A stretch of 59,491 nt of DNA from an uncultured Gammaproteobacteria bacterium (GTDB lineage: Bacteria; Patescibacteriota; Microgenomatia; Levybacterales; GWA1-39-11), in assembly GCA_964627245.1 (NCBI GenBank), contig CAZVGS010000007.1:1-59491 (forward strand), written 5' to 3'. The notes beneath the pieces are model-generated. The model was not told the origin of the DNA. It ran no database searches and was given only the letters and a program-made list of their open reading frames with translations. The translations under genes and the position numbers were made by a program. Positions 59,374 to 59,491 of this stretch are shown piece by piece. How positions within the stretch are numbered: position 1 is the stretch's first letter; each line of letters begins with the position of its first letter.

Positions 59374-59491
59374 ATGATAAATCCTGAGATGACGGAAAGA
59401 GGAAAAAGAGAAGAAGAAAGTGAAGCGCAAACGAGTGAGGATAAAAGCTCTGAATTTCTAGGTGAACCCACCATACCTGAAGAGAAAAAAG
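59374..59491 (+). CDS. Partial CDS (5' end) of a paralogue of the gene at 58027
   Basis: ATG 59374 opens a frame that runs to the window edge: MINPEMTERGKREEESEAQTSEDKSSEFLGEPTIPEEKK. The last 18 codons are identical to the gene at 58027. Confidence 0.5.
   Translation, partial: MINPEMTERGKREEESEAQTSEDKSSEFLGEPTIPEEKK
59437..59491 (+). repeat. 55-nt block, copy 2 (runs to the window edge)
   Basis: Exact match to 58273-58327. The match may continue beyond the window. Confidence 0.95.

Noticed and set aside
1-59491. CRISPR arrays, tRNA or rRNA genes, and long dispersed repeats
   Set aside because: Every intergenic gap is 103 nt or shorter and none shows regularly spaced direct repeats or cloverleaf potential. 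The only exact long repeat I found is the 55-nt block reported in the findings.

Overview
By eye the window is AT-rich (about one-third GC) and more than 95% coding. I count 51 gene models, and all but one are on the + strand. No rRNA, tRNA, CRISPR array, transposase or integrase was recognisable.

Positions 117-54627 (45 gene models) form one very large envelope-glycan locus. Motif reading gives:
- 14 polytopic GT-C-like membrane proteins (PMT/ArnT-like, YfhO-like, GT87-like, AftD-like)
- 9 GT2 enzymes, two of them Dpm1/GtrB-type polyprenyl-phosphate-sugar synthases
- 7 intact GT4 enzymes plus one truncated GT4
- 4 methyltransferases (2 FkbM-type, 2 class I; one class I enzyme is fused to a membrane domain)
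- a hexapeptide acetyltransferase
- GalE, a ColD/E1-like sugar 3-dehydratase (His replaces the PLP lysine), an RmlD-like reductase and ManC
- a MOP/Wzx-like flippase
- a 1064-aa fusion of a Wzy/WaaL-like domain with a GT-C-like domain
- a PglC/WbaP-type initiating phosphoglycosyl transferase
- a DUF4012 protein

Seventeen gene junctions are ATGA, GTGA, TAATG or TGATG overlaps, which indicates long operons.

Downstream lie a short recO, glyQS, and four tandem membrane-anchored proteins of unknown function arranged as two paralogue pairs. One pair shares an exact 55-nt block.

Other sequence-level observations:
- Shine-Dalgarno motifs are almost absent.
- Several extended -10 or full sigma70-like promoters sit 6-9 nt from start codons (leaderless geometry).
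- One promoter has a C7 tract in its spacer.
- Two G8 tracts lie inside coding regions.

TGA acts as a stop codon, so this is the standard bacterial code. The compact genes and the 177-aa RecO suggest a reduced-genome, Patescibacteria/CPR-like bacterium. That is inference only. All family assignments come from motif recognition by eye, not from database searches.
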